Below, in pieces: positions 63,407 to 64,000 of a stretch of 64,000 nt of DNA. Below the pieces are notes generated by a model. It was not told where the DNA came from and ran no database searches. It saw nothing but the letters and a program-made list of their open reading frames with translations. A program made the position numbers and the translations under genes. How positions within the stretch are numbered: the stretch's first letter is position 1; every line of letters starts with the position of its first letter. This DNA comes from Verrucomicrobiota bacterium (lineage in GTDB: Bacteria; Verrucomicrobiota; Verrucomicrobiia; Limisphaerales; SIBE01), in the NCBI GenBank assembly GCA_016871515.1, contig VHDE01000013.1:518-64517 (forward strand), read 5' to 3'.

Positions 63407-63435
63407 TTAGACGATTTCTTCGGGAATTTTGCTCC
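63407..63435 (-). promoter_or_regulatory. candidate autoregulated ECF-type promoter (GGAGCA-N16-CGTCTAA)
   Basis: The minus-strand sequence reads ggagca aaattcccgaagaaat cgtctaa, about 90 nt upstream of the ATG at 63315. It is one mismatch from the generic ECF -35 GGAAC, with a CGTC-type -10. This is pattern match only. Confidence 0.25.
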
Positions 63436-63555
63436 AGAATCGTGCGGATAAAGTGCCAGGCCTGAAATGGCCTAACTAACGCGTCAAACTGGCTTGCGCC
63501 GCACCAGTTCAGTTTTGTATGAATTGCCGGAACGCTTGCAACTGCCGACGTCGCA

Positions 63556-63966
63556 GTGAAAACCAAACCGAAACTTGGCGCCATCTGCCAAAAGCAATTC
63601 GTCGTCGAGCGATCACATGCGATTGACTTCGCCGACGACAAAATGCCGGCGGTTCTCTGTACGCCCTGGCTCATTTGGTTTCTCGAACACACGGCGCGCG
63701 AGGCTGTGCTGCCGTGGCTGGAGAATGGAGAGAGCACAGTCGGCATCGAGATCGAAATTTCCCACTTGGCGCCCACTCCAGTCGGACAAACCGTGACGTG
63801 CCTGGCGCGCGTGGTGCATGCGGATGGTGCTCGGGTTTCCTTCCAACTCGAAGCTCGCGATCAACACGAACTGATCGCGAGGGGCTCCCACAAACTCCAG
63901 ATCATTCGCGTGGACCGATTCGCCAGCAGGGTCCACCGCAAGCGTGGGCCTTTAGATTCAGGTTAG
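63556..63966 (+). CDS. hotdog-fold thioesterase (FlK/fluoroacetyl-CoA thioesterase-like family)
   Basis: 136 aa with a GTG start. Blocks VLCTPWLIWFLEHTAREAV, GESTVGIEIEISHLAPTPVGQTVT and ARGSHKLQII resemble the VlaTP.li...E / VG..v...HlaptpvG pattern of this thioesterase family. Confidence 0.65.
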   Translation: MKTKPKLGAICQKQFVVERSHAIDFADDKMPAVLCTPWLIWFLEHTAREAVLPWLENGESTVGIEIEISHLAPTPVGQTVTCLARVVHADGARVSFQLEARDQHELIARGSHKLQIIRVDRFASRVHRKRGPLDSG

Positions 63967-64000
63967 CTTGCTTTTCAACGCTTGCCCACCTCTCGCAACC

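Noticed and set aside
63967-64000. Possible 3' end of a minus-strand gene at the right edge.
   Set aside because: Only ~35 nt are visible, which is not enough to support any call.

Overview
GC-rich 64-kb chromosomal segment. Gene content suggests the PVC superphylum (Verrucomicrobiota/Planctomycetota-like): a DUF1501 + DUF1549/DUF1553 pair, two FG-GAP/ASPIC (CRTAC1-like) proteins, an H-X9-DG-type prepilin-like protein, DUF2723, DUF1080 and many signal-peptide proteins. This taxonomic call is inference from gene content only. I support about 37 protein-coding genes. They include glnK-amtB, two ECF sigma factors, a GH57 branching enzyme, a ROK kinase, an aminotransferase/C-N hydrolase pair, a di-heme cytochrome c peroxidase, an FGE/SUMF1-like protein and a cyclophilin. 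I recognised no rRNA, tRNA or CRISPR array. The most unusual layer is non-coding. Intergenic space is saturated with at least seven families of palindromic REP/REPIN/MITE-like repeats. At 58.2-59.5 kb an IS200-like Y1/HUH transposase of the RAYT type sits between two identical 231-bp REP clusters. Its 136-bp REPIN family recurs at 9.6, 38.2, 54.2 and 62.6 kb with compensatory stem variants. One copy lies inside a 2434-aa ORF and one is wedged between an ECF sigma gene and its anti-sigma gene. The right third of the window (46.7-63.3 kb, all minus strand) is the most accessory-looking part. It reads ECF sigma, then an anti-sigma fused to GumC/Wzz-like and YfbK-type vWA domains, then the RAYT cassette, then a giant two-paralog ORF of unknown function, then DUF1549/1553 and DUF1501. 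An IS110 remnant and a truncated gene lie next to this block. All product calls rest on motif recognition by eye, and no database search was possible.
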